64,000 bases of DNA from an uncultured Verrucomicrobiae bacterium. GTDB taxonomy: Bacteria > Verrucomicrobiota > Verrucomicrobiia > Palsa-1439. The position numbers and the translations under genes are program-made. The DNA lies in the NCBI GenBank assembly GCA_963812605.1, contig CAWEWF010000014.1, forward strand, positions 160,001 through 224,000. The letters run 5' to 3'. How positions within the stretch are numbered: position 1 is the first letter of the stretch; every line of letters begins with the position of its first letter. Positions 54,466 through 64,000 of this stretch are shown here, one piece after another. The notes under the pieces are model-generated. The model did not search any database. It saw nothing but the letters and a program-made list of their open reading frames with translations, and was not told the DNA's origin.

Positions 54466-56043
54466 TCATTTCTTTTTCTCGTCCTGGAAGAGTTTGTATT
54501 CAACGGAATCCACCAGGGCTTCCCAACTGGCCTCGATGATATTATCGTGCACGCCGACCGTGCCCCAGGTGTCGGTGCCGTCGGTGCTCTCGATGATGAC
54601 GCGGGTCTTGGCGGCGGTGCCACTGTGGCTGTCGAGGATGCGCACCTTATAGTCGATCAGTTGCACCTGGGCGATTGCGGGATAGAACTTTAGCAGCGCT
54701 TCGCGCAAAGCCTTGTCCAAGGCGTTGACGGGGCCGTCGCCATTGGCCACGGTATGTACAGCCTCGCCGCCGACCTCGAGTTTGACGCTGGCTTCGACGA
54801 CATTGTCGCCATCAGCGCCATGCTTGTCCATGATGACACGATAAGCTAGCAGTTTGAAAAACGGGGTGTGGCTTTTGAGCAGCTTCTGGACAAGGATGTG
54901 GAAACTGGCGTCGGCAGCTTCGTATTCGTAGCCCGCGTTTTCAAGCTGCTTCAGTTGCTGAAGGATGTCGCGCACTTCCGGCGTGTCCTTGCTGAGGTCC
55001 ATGCCCAGCTCGTGCGCCTTCATCAAAATGTTGCTGCGACCGCTCAATTCGCTCACTAGCACGCGGCGATGATTGCCGACCGTCTCCGGCTCGATGTGTT
55101 CATAGCTGCGCGCGAGCTTCTCGATGGCATTGACGTGGATGCCGCCTTTGTGCGCGAATGCCGTCGCGCCCACGAATGGCTGACGGATGTCATGGCGCAC
55201 GTTCGCGAGATCATCGACAAACATCGACAGATCGCGCAGCCGACGGACATTGTCCTTCGAGATGCAGTCATAACCCATCTTCAGCACGAGACAGGGGATG
55301 ACGGTGGTCATGTTGCAGTTGCCCGTGCGTTCGCCGTAACCGTTGATCGTGCCCTGCACCTGCACCGCGCCGGCTTCGATGGCGGCGAGCGCATTCGCGA
55401 CGCCGACACCGGAATCATTGTGGGTATGGATGCCGACCGCGCACTTCATCTGCTGAATAACGTCCGCGGTGATGCGGCTGACTTCGCCGGGCATCGTGCC
55501 GCCGTTGGTGTCGCAGAGGACCACGATATCGACGCCCGAATCCTGCGCGGCCTTCAGCGTGGCCATTGCGTAACGCGGGTCGTCCTTATAACCATCAAAG
55601 AAATGCTCGGCGTCGTAGACGACTTCCTTGCCATGTTCCTTGAAGAACCGGACGGAATCGCCGATCATCGCCACGTTTTCCTCGGGCGTGGTGCGAATGA
55701 CTTCCTTAACGTGCAAGGACCACGTCTTGCCCACGAGGGTGACGACGGGTGTGTTGGCTTTGATCAGCATGTCGATCTGGGGATCATCCTTGCACTTGGT
55801 GTTCGCGCGGCGGGTACTGCCAAAGGCCGCGACTTTCGCCTGCTTGAATTTTCGCTTGGCCGCCTCGGTGAAGAAATCCATGTCTTTCGGATTTGAACCC
55901 GGCCAGCCGCCTTCGATGTAATGGATGCCAAACGCGTCGAGCCGCTCGGCAATTCGAATCTTGTCCGCGCTCGAAAACGAGATGCCTTCGCCCTGCGCCC
56001 CGTCACGGAGCGTCGTATCATAGATGGAGATCTTCCTGCTCAT
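54466..56043 (-). CDS. cimA: Citramalate synthase
   Basis: YDTTLRDGAQGEG, EGGWPGSNPKD, YDAEHFFDG, HTHND, FAHKGGIH, C-terminal regulatory domain. Confidence 0.92.
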   Translation of the reverse strand: MSRKISIYDTTLRDGAQGEGISFSSADKIRIAERLDAFGIHYIEGGWPGSNPKDMDFFTEAAKRKFKQAKVAAFGSTRRANTKCKDDPQIDMLIKANTPVVTLVGKTWSLHVKEVIRTTPEENVAMIGDSVRFFKEHGKEVVYDAEHFFDGYKDDPRYAMATLKAAQDSGVDIVVLCDTNGGTMPGEVSRITADVIQQMKCAVGIHTHNDSGVGVANALAAIEAGAVQVQGTINGYGERTGNCNMTTVIPCLVLKMGYDCISKDNVRRLRDLSMFVDDLANVRHDIRQPFVGATAFAHKGGIHVNAIEKLARSYEHIEPETVGNHRRVLVSELSGRSNILMKAHELGMDLSKDTPEVRDILQQLKQLENAGYEYEAADASFHILVQKLLKSHTPFFKLLAYRVIMDKHGADGDNVVEASVKLEVGGEAVHTVANGDGPVNALDKALREALLKFYPAIAQVQLIDYKVRILDSHSGTAAKTRVIIESTDGTDTWGTVGVHDNIIEASWEALVDSVEYKLFQDEKKK

Positions 56044-56055
56044 TCGCAAGGTAAG

Positions 56056-56084
56056 AGACTAAAACCAACTGCCTTGCCCGTCAA
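56056..56084 (-). promoter_or_regulatory. Sigma70 promoter of cimA
   Basis: TTGACG-17 nt-TAGTCT. Confidence 0.55.
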
Positions 56085-56268
56085 CTGCGCTGTTGGCAGG
56101 CCGTTTTCTACCCGTCGTGCCGCCGTTGGTAAGTGCGTCTCCCTGGTCACGGCAGCTTCCCCTGGTAAAAAATCCGGCCGGTTTTTCGAGGGCGAACGCC
56201 TAAGCCATTCCAAAAGCGCCACTTAACTGTGGGGTTCGTTTCGTAATTTGTGTGTTTTGTGCGTGAAA

Positions 56269-57202
56269 TCATCTCCTCGACACCTCCATCGTCAATGGCG
56301 GCGGCACGTTCTCCCCGGCGCGCCGACGCTGTAACCTCTCCAGTTGGTTCATCGCCCGATACATCTGCCGGTCCAGCGCGGTCTCATATCGCAGGATCTT
56401 CTCCAGCACCGCCGTTTCCGGTAATATATTCGCCGCCTGCTGTGCCATTTCCTCCTTGTCCTCCCGTTCCTCGCGCAGCCGCCTCAGTTCCGCGTAGGAC
56501 TCGAGTTCCAGTTCAAGAAAACCCAACACCGCCCGCTGGTGGTTGCCCTTCGATTCTTCCTTGCTTAATCCGTTCGCATTGGCCACAAATCTCTCGCGGT
56601 ATCCCGCTAACGCCCGGATCAACGAATTCGGTTTGCCGGCGAATCGTTGTAAGACCCACTCACACATTGTCTCCGTCAACTCACCATCGCGCTGGACACC
56701 TTCCCTGACCTTCTCCAACACATGCCGCAGGTACTGGAGGCCCTGGCTCGACTTCGTCATCTCCTCCGCCACGTCATGGAGGTTGTCCAGGAATGTCATG
56801 ACCGATATCGGCTCGCGGCTCTCCCGTTTCCATCGCCCGCCGTCCACGCTCAGCGCGATCTCTCCCGTCTCCGCCAGCAACACCCGTCGCAACCGCCACT
56901 GCATCGTCACGATCCGCTCGACCAGCATTTCCTCCACCGGCCCTTCCGGTGCCAGGCTCTCCCAGAACCGCGCCCGCAACGCCTTGAACTCGTCCTCTCG
57001 CTCCTGGATGCGCAACCCCCGCACCACCACTTCCGCCGACAGGATCCCATGCTTCACCGCGTTCATCCGCGCAGCCGACTTACCCGCCAAACTCAGCGGC
57101 CCCGTCGCTCCGCCGGGCCGTTCTCCGATGGCCCGGCCTCTTTTTCACGGCTACCGCCTTCGCTGGTGCGACTGCCTCAGTAACTGCATCATTGGGAATC
57201 AT
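56269..57202 (-). CDS. Hypothetical helical protein with GK..A.MNA.KHG motif (5' part frameshifted)
   Basis: GKSAARMNAVKHG...P.GPVEEMLVERIV..QWRLRR...ILRYETALDRQMYRAMNQLERLQ; AGGA before the ATG at 57202. Confidence 0.7.
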
Positions 57203-57363
57203 GGCTCTGTCCTTTCCTGGGGGTGGTACGGAGGAGTCGTCACGTTGTGCGCCGGTCCCTCGTTGCATTGGTCTGCATTCATCCGCTACCGATAGTCACA
57301 CAGTATAACACTATCGAATAACGATGACAAGTGATGAAATACCCTCGCTATCCGATTGGTGGT

Positions 57364-57456
57364 GTAGCCACGGCTTTATGAGCCGTGCAGAAGCGCGCAA
57401 TGGTGTAGCCACGGCTCGATGAGCCGTGCGGAAGTGCGCCTCGCAGAGGCGCGCTA
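57364..57456 (+). repeat. Tandem GTAG-type REP-like palindromes (41-bp period)
   Basis: GTAGCCACGGCT-TTATG-AGCCGTG at 57364 and GTAGCCACGGCT-CGATG-AGCCGTG at 57405, then hairpin GCGCCTC-GCA-GAGGCGC. Confidence 0.75.
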
Positions 57457-57572
57457 GCGATTCACGCCGAAAACTTTCGGAGTGCCAAATACCACCGGCG
57501 CGGCTATACTGCCCGTCATAGAAAGGAAGCGTTTGATTCGATCTCGGAACCTAAAAGTGGTACCCAGTTCCC

Positions 57573-57853
57573 ATGAAAACTGGTCATAACAGTTATCCCT
57601 ACGCTCAATGCGCTGATCGGATTGCTACTTAATCCGTTTAGACATGAGAAACATAGCTGACATTTTCGTCATTTGAGGCTCGCAACCATCCGATATGGCT
57701 GGCTTGCATTGTGGGATTTATCGTTAGCAAAGTCAACATATAGGTTACGACGCAAACACCTCTCTGTATGGAAAGAATGCGGTTCTCCTACTCTGTTTAG
57801 TGGTTTTTGGCCTACTCATGCGATTTGGAGGTCCGTGTGAACTACTTTGGTGA
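57573..57853 (+). pseudogene. Possible fragmented small membrane-protein gene in an AT-rich island
   Basis: Hydrophobic pieces in shifting frames: LVITVIPTLNALIGLLL / IWLACIVGFIV / NAVLLLCLVVFGLLM. Confidence 0.3.
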
Positions 57854-58038
57854 TGTAAATAACAAAACTCTGCAAGTTTATTAAATGGTTCTATGTTGTG
57901 TACTGTTACCAGCTTGGCGGTACGTGGCGATAATGTTTTTTACCTCAATTGATTTAGGGCATATGTGAGATATCGAGTCAAGTAAAGTGCCATTCATTAA
58001 AGGTGACAACCGAAAGATGTCAGTACACCAATAGCGGG

Positions 58039-58727
58039 GTTCCATCCACAGCGCAAGCCGTCTTCGTGTCTGATTTAAGCAACTCGTGGCACCTTCTACA
58101 TCCCCGCCGTTTTCGCCGTCCGCCGCACCACGTCGAACGAAGAGGAATTCGGGCAGGTCTCAACATCAGACAATTGGCCCAAGAATATTTATCGTTGGTC
58201 ATTGGGGTCAACTCCGTACTCTGGACAGATTTTGGAGGCGCACCAAAAAAGTTCGCTTTTCATTGTCAGTGCCTAAGCGCTCAGCAAACGCCATCATCAC
58301 CCGGTGCCGCAGTTCCATCCACAGCGCAAGCCGTCTTCGTGTCTGATTTAAGCAATTCGTGGCAACGTCTACATCCCTGCCGTCCTGGCGGTGCGCCGTA
58401 CCACGTCGAACAGGCTGTCCTCGGCGATGACGTGGCCGGTCAGCTTCTTCTTGCTGTTGGCGATGATCTGGCGTCCGGCTGGGGATTTGTCCATGCCCAC
58501 CAACGCTCTGGACAGATTTTGGAGGCGGACCAAAAGGGTTCGCTTTTCGTCATCAGGGCTAAGCGCTCAGCAAGGGTCATCATCACGCCTACATTCCCGC
58601 CGTTTTCGCCGTCCGCCGCACCACGTCGAACAGGCTGTCTTCGGCGATCACGTGGCCGGTCAGCTTCTTCTTGCTGTTGGCGATGATCTGGCGGCCGGCT
58701 GGGGATTTGTCCATGTCCACCAATGCT
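58039..58727. repeat. Mosaic repeat array A-B-X-C-A-B-C-B (B = phnD-like 3' end)
   Basis: A at 58039-58095 and 58312-58368; B at 58096-58138, 58369-58507 and 58589-58727; C at 58219-58300 and 58506-58586. Confidence 0.9.
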
Positions 58728-58954
58728 GTCTGGATCTTGCAATCGCCGTAGTCCTTGGCGATGTAGAGCACGACCTTCTGCCCGATGGCATCAGAAAGAT
58801 AGGCCGCGAGCGGGTCGAACTCGGCCCGCATTTCCGCTTCGCCGAGGACGGGAGTGAAGCCGAATTTCAGGTCGCGCGCGGCGGCGGGGCGAACGGCGAG
58901 TCGATGATGAAAACCGTAAGGACCAACAAAGCCGTTTGACGAGGGCGTCGTCAC
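58589..58954 (-). pseudogene. Internally deleted PhnD-like phosphate/phosphonate ABC substrate-binding protein
   Basis: N-terminal LKFGFTP....MRAEFDPLAAYLSDAIG.KV.....DY is fused directly to C-terminal KIQTALVDMDK...DSLFDVVR; the central part is missing. Confidence 0.65.
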
Positions 58955-58958
58955 GCAC

Positions 58959-59423
58959 CTACTTCTTCTCTGCCGTGCTGGCCTGGCGCTTCTGGGCGAA
59001 CTCCGCTGATTCGATCAGGAGTTGGTTGTTCTTCTCGGTGTAGGTGGCGATCAACTTGCCGTCGGCGCTGGTCCAGTGGCGGTTCCCGTCCCTGGTGTCT
59101 TTGATTTCCGTCCAGCCGCCTTCGGGGGCAGCAGCTTTGAGGGAGGCTTCGATCTCCACGTTTTCCATTGCGACCTCGCCAATATCGCCGTCTTCCTCGA
59201 TCGTCTCGACCAGTTCGTAGGCTGCCTTGCCGTCAACGAACCCGACAAAGATGGCGAGATCGTCCTGCCGGTACTGGTAGGCGGCGGTGGCCGGCGCGAA
59301 GGGTTTCGCAACCTTCACGTGCTTGCCGTAGCGGGCCTCGGTTTGCGGCAGGTCCTCGCCGATCTTTGCGTGGCAGGCGGACGCGGCGAGGAATACTGCG
59401 GAAGCGAGTGGCAATAATTTCAT
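58959..59423 (-). CDS. Hypothetical exported protein
   Basis: Signal peptide MKLLPLASAVFLAASACHA; AGGA SD; directly after lysC. Confidence 0.7.
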   Translation of the reverse strand: MKLLPLASAVFLAASACHAKIGEDLPQTEARYGKHVKVAKPFAPATAAYQYRQDDLAIFVGFVDGKAAYELVETIEEDGDIGEVAMENVEIEASLKAAAPEGGWTEIKDTRDGNRHWTSADGKLIATYTEKNNQLLIESAEFAQKRQASTAEKK

Positions 59424-59433
59424 ATCCTGTTCC

Positions 59434-60648
59434 TTATTTGCCCAATTCGAACGCATCGTGAACGGCGCGGGCGGCTTTGTCGGCGTCCTTCAGCCCGATG
59501 ATGACGGAGATTTTGATCTCGCTGGTGGAGATCATGTCGATGTTGACACCCGTGGCCGCAAGTGTCTCGAACATTTTAGCGGCCACGCCGGGGTGCGAGC
59601 GCATGCCGATGCCGACGACGGAGAGCTTGGCGATTTCCACCGTGGAAGTGACCTCGCGCGCGCCGATTTCCTTGACGATGGGCTGTAGGGCTTTCGTGGC
59701 TTTGGCCGCTTCGCTGGACCCGACGGTGAAGGAGATGTCGGTGAATCCTTTCTCGCTGACGTTTTGCACAATGACGTCGATGTTGATATGGGCGTCGGCG
59801 ATTGTCTTGAAGACCTTCGCGGCGATGCCGGGTTTGTCGGGCACGCCGGCGATGGTGACTTTGGCCTGGTTCTTGTCAAGCGCGACGCCGCGGATGACCA
59901 CATCTTCCATTTTTGCGGTTTCTTCTTTCACAATAGTCCCCGGGTTGTCGTTGAAACTGCTGCGCACTTCGAACACGACGCCAAACTTTTTGGCGAACTC
60001 AACCGAGCGCGCCTGCATCACCTTCGAGCCCAGCGCGGCCAGTTCCAGCATTTCGTCATAGCTGATTTCCGCGAGCTTGCGCGCGTTGGGCACGATGCGC
60101 GGATCGGAAGTATAGACGCCATCCACATCGGTGTAAATCTGGCAGAGGTCGGCCTTGACGGCGGCGGCGATGGCGATGGCGGTCAAATCGCTGCCGCCGC
60201 GACCCAGCGTGGTAATCTGGCCGTCCGCCGTTTCGCCCTGAAAGCCGGCGATGGTCACGATGTTGCCGTTGTTGAGGAACTCGTGGACTCGTTTCGGCGT
60301 GATGTTGGCGATCTTGGCCTTGGTGTGGAGGCCGTCGGTGACGATACCGGCCTGCGCGCCGGTCAAGGACACGGCTTGTGCGCCGAGCGAATGCAGCGCC
60401 ATGGCGAGTAGCGCGATGGTCGTTTGTTCGCCCGTGGCGAGCAACATATCCATCTCGCGCTCGTTCGGTTCGGGATGGACTTCCTTGGCGAGTTTGATGA
60501 GCGAATCGGTCACGCCGCTCATCGCCGAGACGACGGCGACGACTTTATTGCCCGCTTGCTGCGTGGCCAACACGCGGCGCGCGACGTTCTTGATGCGCTC
60601 GGGATTACCGACCGACGTCCCGCCATATTTTTGTACAATGAGAGCCAT
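59434..60648 (-). CDS. lysC: Aspartate kinase
   Basis: VQKYGGTSV, TTLGRGGSD, two ACT domains, STSEIKIS. Confidence 0.97.
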   Translation of the reverse strand: MALIVQKYGGTSVGNPERIKNVARRVLATQQAGNKVVAVVSAMSGVTDSLIKLAKEVHPEPNEREMDMLLATGEQTTIALLAMALHSLGAQAVSLTGAQAGIVTDGLHTKAKIANITPKRVHEFLNNGNIVTIAGFQGETADGQITTLGRGGSDLTAIAIAAAVKADLCQIYTDVDGVYTSDPRIVPNARKLAEISYDEMLELAALGSKVMQARSVEFAKKFGVVFEVRSSFNDNPGTIVKEETAKMEDVVIRGVALDKNQAKVTIAGVPDKPGIAAKVFKTIADAHINIDVIVQNVSEKGFTDISFTVGSSEAAKATKALQPIVKEIGAREVTSTVEIAKLSVVGIGMRSHPGVAAKMFETLAATGVNIDMISTSEIKISVIIGLKDADKAARAVHDAFELGK

Positions 60649-60655
60649 TTTATTA

Positions 60656-60684
60656 ACCGCGAATGAACGCCAATAAACGCTAAT
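60656..60684. repeat. Inverted repeat at the 3' end of the GxxExxY gene
   Basis: ACCGCGAATGAACGCCAATAAACGCTAAT; 23/29 identical to the reverse complement of 61019-61047. Confidence 0.85.
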
Positions 60685-61030
60685 CGGAGAGCACGACTCG
60701 CCGATATTCCAGTTTCGGACGCCGGAAATTCAAGATGATTCCAAGTTCCAGCCTGGCGATACGCAGGTAGTTCATTACCTGCCCAAGTTCGGCGTCCGAA
60801 ACGGCTTCGATTACCTTCGTGTCCACAATGACCTTGTCGTCTACCAACAGGTCGGGGATGTATTCGCCGACCACGACGTTCTTGTATAGCACCTTAAATC
60901 GCTTCTGTTGACCGACCGCAATTCCCCGCACATTCAGTTCTGCGACGAGCGTATTCAATACCTCCATCGCGGCACCGACGATTTCAAACGAAAGTTCTTT
61001 ATGAAGAACTTTCGTTTCATTCACGTTCAT
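60680..61030 (-). CDS. GxxExxY-family PD-(D/E)xK nuclease-like protein lacking its namesake motif (possibly inactivated)
   Basis: LSFEIVGAAMEVLNTL|VAEL..RGI...Q....V.YK...GEYIPDLLVDDKVIVDTK....GQVMNYL......GIILNF. Confidence 0.8.
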   Translation of the reverse strand: MNVNETKVLHKELSFEIVGAAMEVLNTLVAELNVRGIAVGQQKRFKVLYKNVVVGEYIPDLLVDDKVIVDTKVIEAVSDAELGQVMNYLRIARLELGIILNFRRPKLEYRRVVLSD

Positions 61031-61047
61031 TAGTGTCCATTCGCGGT
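61019..61047. repeat. Inverted repeat at the 5' end of the GxxExxY gene
   Basis: Reverse complement ACCGCGAATGGACACTAATGAACGTGAAT contains the ATG start. Confidence 0.85.
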
Positions 61048-61053
61048 CAAGAC

Positions 61054-62114
61054 CTACATGCCGATTATTTTCAAGACTTCATCCGCGTTCGCATCACAGG
61101 TGATTGGCGAGGAGGCGTTGGCCATCGCGGTGTCGGGGTCCTTTAGCCCGTGCCCGGTCAGGGTAATTGCCACAACTGCGCCGCGCGGGAAAAGTCCCTT
61201 CGCCACGTGTTTGCGCAGGCCCGCGACGCCGGCGGCGGATGCGGGCTCGACGAACACGCCTTCTTTCGCGGCGAGCAATTTGTAGGCATCGATGATCTCC
61301 GCGTCGCTTACCATATCGATCAGGCCGCCGGATTGGTCGCGGGCGGTTTCGGCGAGCTTCCAACTGGCCGGGTTGCCGATGCGAATGGCGGTGGCGATGG
61401 TCTCGGGGTTCTCGATCGCATGCCCGCGAACGATGGGCGCGGCGCCTTCCGCCTGAAAGCCGATCATTTTCGGCACGGAAGTAGTGATCTTGTGCGCCCG
61501 ATATTCCTGATAGCCCTTCCAGTATGCGGTAATGTTGCCGGCATTGCCGACGGGCAGCAGATGAAAATCCGGCGCGCGACCGAGCGCATCGCAAATTTCG
61601 AAGGCCGCCGTTTTTTGTCCCTCGATGCGATCGGGGTTGATCGAGTTGACGATCTGGATGCTGGAGCGTTCCCCGATTTCGCGGACGATGCGCAATGCGT
61701 CATCGAAATTCCCGCGCAACGCGATCACGGTCGCGCCTTCCATCATCGCCTGGGTCAGCTTGCCCATGGCGATGGCGCCCTTGGGGAGAAGCACGACGCA
61801 TTTGATGCCCGCGCGCGCGGCGTAAGCCGCGGCCGAGGCGGACGTATTGCCGGTGCTGGCGCAAATCACGGCCTTCGCGCCGCGTTCCACGGCCAGCGAG
61901 ACCGCCACGGTCATGCCGCGGTCCTTGAAGGAAGCGGTTGGGATTCAAGCCCTCGTACTTGAGCCAAATCTCCAGGCCGCCGCCGATGATCTTTCTCCAG
62001 GTTATGCGCATGGATGAGGGGCGTGTTGCCTTCGCACAGGGACACGACGGGCGTCTTGTCCGTAACGGGCAGATACTGGCGATATTGTTCGATGACTCCG
62101 CGCCACGCGCTCAT
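61054..62114 (-). CDS. thrC: Threonine synthase (frameshifted near 61940-62000)
   Basis: [51 protein letters not shown]. Confidence 0.95.
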
Positions 62115-62132
62115 GTTGGCATTCCTACGCTT

Positions 62133-63492
62133 TCACTTCGCGGTCGCCTCGAAGTTTTCGACGCGGATGACGACGGTCTTGTACTTGACGACACTGAGAC
62201 CGTCAATTTTAGCCACCGCTTCCCGCACGGCGCGGTCTTTCGCGGTGTGCAACATCATGATCAGGGGGACCGTGTCGCTGTAGGTCTCCGCATGACCGGG
62301 TTTCGGCTCGGGTGCTTCGCGTTGGAGCACCGAAGCGATGCTGATATCGGCTTCGCCGAGGATATGTGAAACCTTGGCGATCACGCCCGACCGATCTTCG
62401 ACCGTCAATCGCAGGTAGTAGCGCGATTCAACGTCATCGATGGTGCGCACGCGCGCATTGAGCCGGTGCGACACAAACGCGGGCACGCGTTGTTTGCTGC
62501 CAAACTTGAGATTCAACGCGGCATCGGCCAAATCGGAAATGACCGCGCTCGCCGTCGCGTCCGCGCCCGCGCCGCGCCCGTAGAACATGGTGTCGCCGAC
62601 CACGTCGCCGTGAACGACGACGCCGTTGAAGACCCCATTGACGCTGGAGAGGACATGGCTGTGCGGGATAAGCGTCGGATGCACGCGCACTTCCACAGCG
62701 GGCGAGTGGCTGTTCCCGTCGCTCTTGACGACTGCCAGCAGTTTGATCGTGTAACCGAGTTCGCGCGCGATCTGGATGTCGAGCCGCGAGACCTGGCGGA
62801 TGCCTTCGACGTAGGTGTTCTCGAAGCCGGTCCAGAACCCGTGCGCGAGCGAGGCGAGAATCGTCGCCTTGTGCGCGGAGTCGACGCCGTCGATGTCGAG
62901 CGCCGGATTGGCCTCGGCGTAACCGCGGGTCTGGGCTTCTTCGAGGGCTTCCTCAAAATGCAAATCGTCCGCCGTCATCCGCGAGAGGATGTAATTGCAG
63001 GTGCCGTTGACGATGCCGTAGAGGATCGGGAAATGGTTGGCGACGAACCCTTCGCGGAGAGACTTGATGATCGGGATGCCGCCGCAGACGCTGGCTTCGT
63101 AGAAAATGTTGGTGGAATTTTTGGCGGCGGCGCCGAAAAGCTCTTCGCCATCGTGGGCGAGCAGCGCTTTGTTGGCGGTGACGACAACCTTGCCGCGAGC
63201 GAGCGCGTCGAGGATCAGGGTCTTGGCGAAACCGGTGCCGCCGACGAGTTCGACGACGACGTGGACATCGGGGTCCTGCAGCACCTTTTGCACGTCGCCG
63301 GTGAGATTCTCCCTGAGGAACGGACAAACCTTTCAGGCGAGACTCGTCCTTGTCGCAGACCCACTTGAGGTGCAGGCGCATGCCGAGCCGTTCGGTGATG
63401 AGGTCGGCGTTGCGGGTGAGATGTTTCACCACGCCGCCGCCGACGACACCCGCGCCGACCAGACCGACATTGAGTTGTTTCGCTTCGCTCAT
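62133..63492 (-). CDS. hom: Homoserine dehydrogenase with ACT domain (frameshift near 63310)
   Basis: GAGVVGGG, VTANKA, EASVCGGIPII, NGTCNYIL, GRGAG. Confidence 0.95.
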
Positions 63493-63510
63493 GGGAGAAT
63501 CAGGGCGCAA

Positions 63511-63539
63511 AGTGTAGCGGCAGCGGGGCGGTTTGTCTA
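63511..63539 (-). promoter_or_regulatory. Sigma70 promoter of the hom-thrC-lysC operon
   Basis: TAGACA-17 nt-TACACT. Confidence 0.55.
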
Positions 63540-63595
63540 GACTCGATGCCGCCCGTTGTGTTCCAATAACGGCACAACAACCCACGGGAGGCAAA

Positions 63596-64000
63596 ATGAA
63601 CGGATTCAGCAAGCTGGCGGTAGCTTTGGCTTTGGTGGCGATGGTCGGGTGCGCAACGCAGGTGACGGTGACGCCCACGCATCGCGAGAACATGGCGGCG
63701 CAGTCGAAGGTGCTCGCCATCGCGGCGCGGGACCTCGAAAGCATTGTGCGCCAGCGTAACGCCGAAGGCGGTGGAGAGGAAGCCGTGCGGGCGGTCATCG
63801 AATTCCACGCGCAGGCGGAGAACTTCGCGGGGACGGTGGGCGAGGGGCGCTCGGATGAGAGGATCAACACCGATTACGAGCATTTGATCGAGGCGTATGT
63901 GAGGCTCAAGCACACCTTCCCGAACCTGAACGCCGACAAGCTCACGCAAGACGCATTATGAGCGCGTGCAGTATGAATATGAGAAACTGGCGCGCGCGTC
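63596..64000 (+). CDS. Hypothetical lipoprotein; stop at 63961 or continues past the window end through a frameshift
   Basis: GGAGG SD; MVGC lipobox; helical body; alternative frame YERVQYEYEKLARA is open to the window end. Confidence 0.65.

Noticed and set aside
58039-58727. CRISPR array, integron attC array or DGR template/variable repeats
   Set aside because: Repeats are long and mosaic, no cas, intI or reverse transcriptase gene is present, no attC core sites are evident, and the differences are not adenine-specific.

Overview
High-GC bacterial chromosomal segment. Verrucomicrobiota is inferred from family content and from the C-terminal tails of secreted proteins; there is no marker gene here to confirm it. 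It is mostly housekeeping: icd, ychF, an aspartate aminotransferase, a two-domain NDK, pgi-pyrE-secA-lnt-plsY-gpsA, an ECF sigma/anti-sigma pair, hisG-purN, lpxI-(Gfo/Idh/MocA)-lpxB, ispA, valS, cimA and hom-thrC-lysC. It also holds an ABC exporter cluster and a six-gene lipid-linked glycosylation cassette. Many genes, including essential ones, carry single-base frameshifts that are best read as sequencing indels. I found no tRNA, rRNA, CRISPR array, transposase or integrase. The most unusual signal is a set of tiny cassettes, each sitting directly behind the stop codon of a core gene. (i) A DUF6883/DUF4926 toxin-immunity-like pair lies between two diverged copies of the icd 3' end. (ii) A GxxExxY nuclease gene has its start and stop codons inside 29-bp inverted repeats. 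(iii) A DUF559 nuclease gene lies between palindromic inverted repeats. (iv) A mosaic array holds three copies of a phnD-like 3' end interleaved with two conserved non-coding modules. Two small genes missing from the ORF track (DUF5679 and a bS22-like peptide) and several apparently leaderless promoters were also found.
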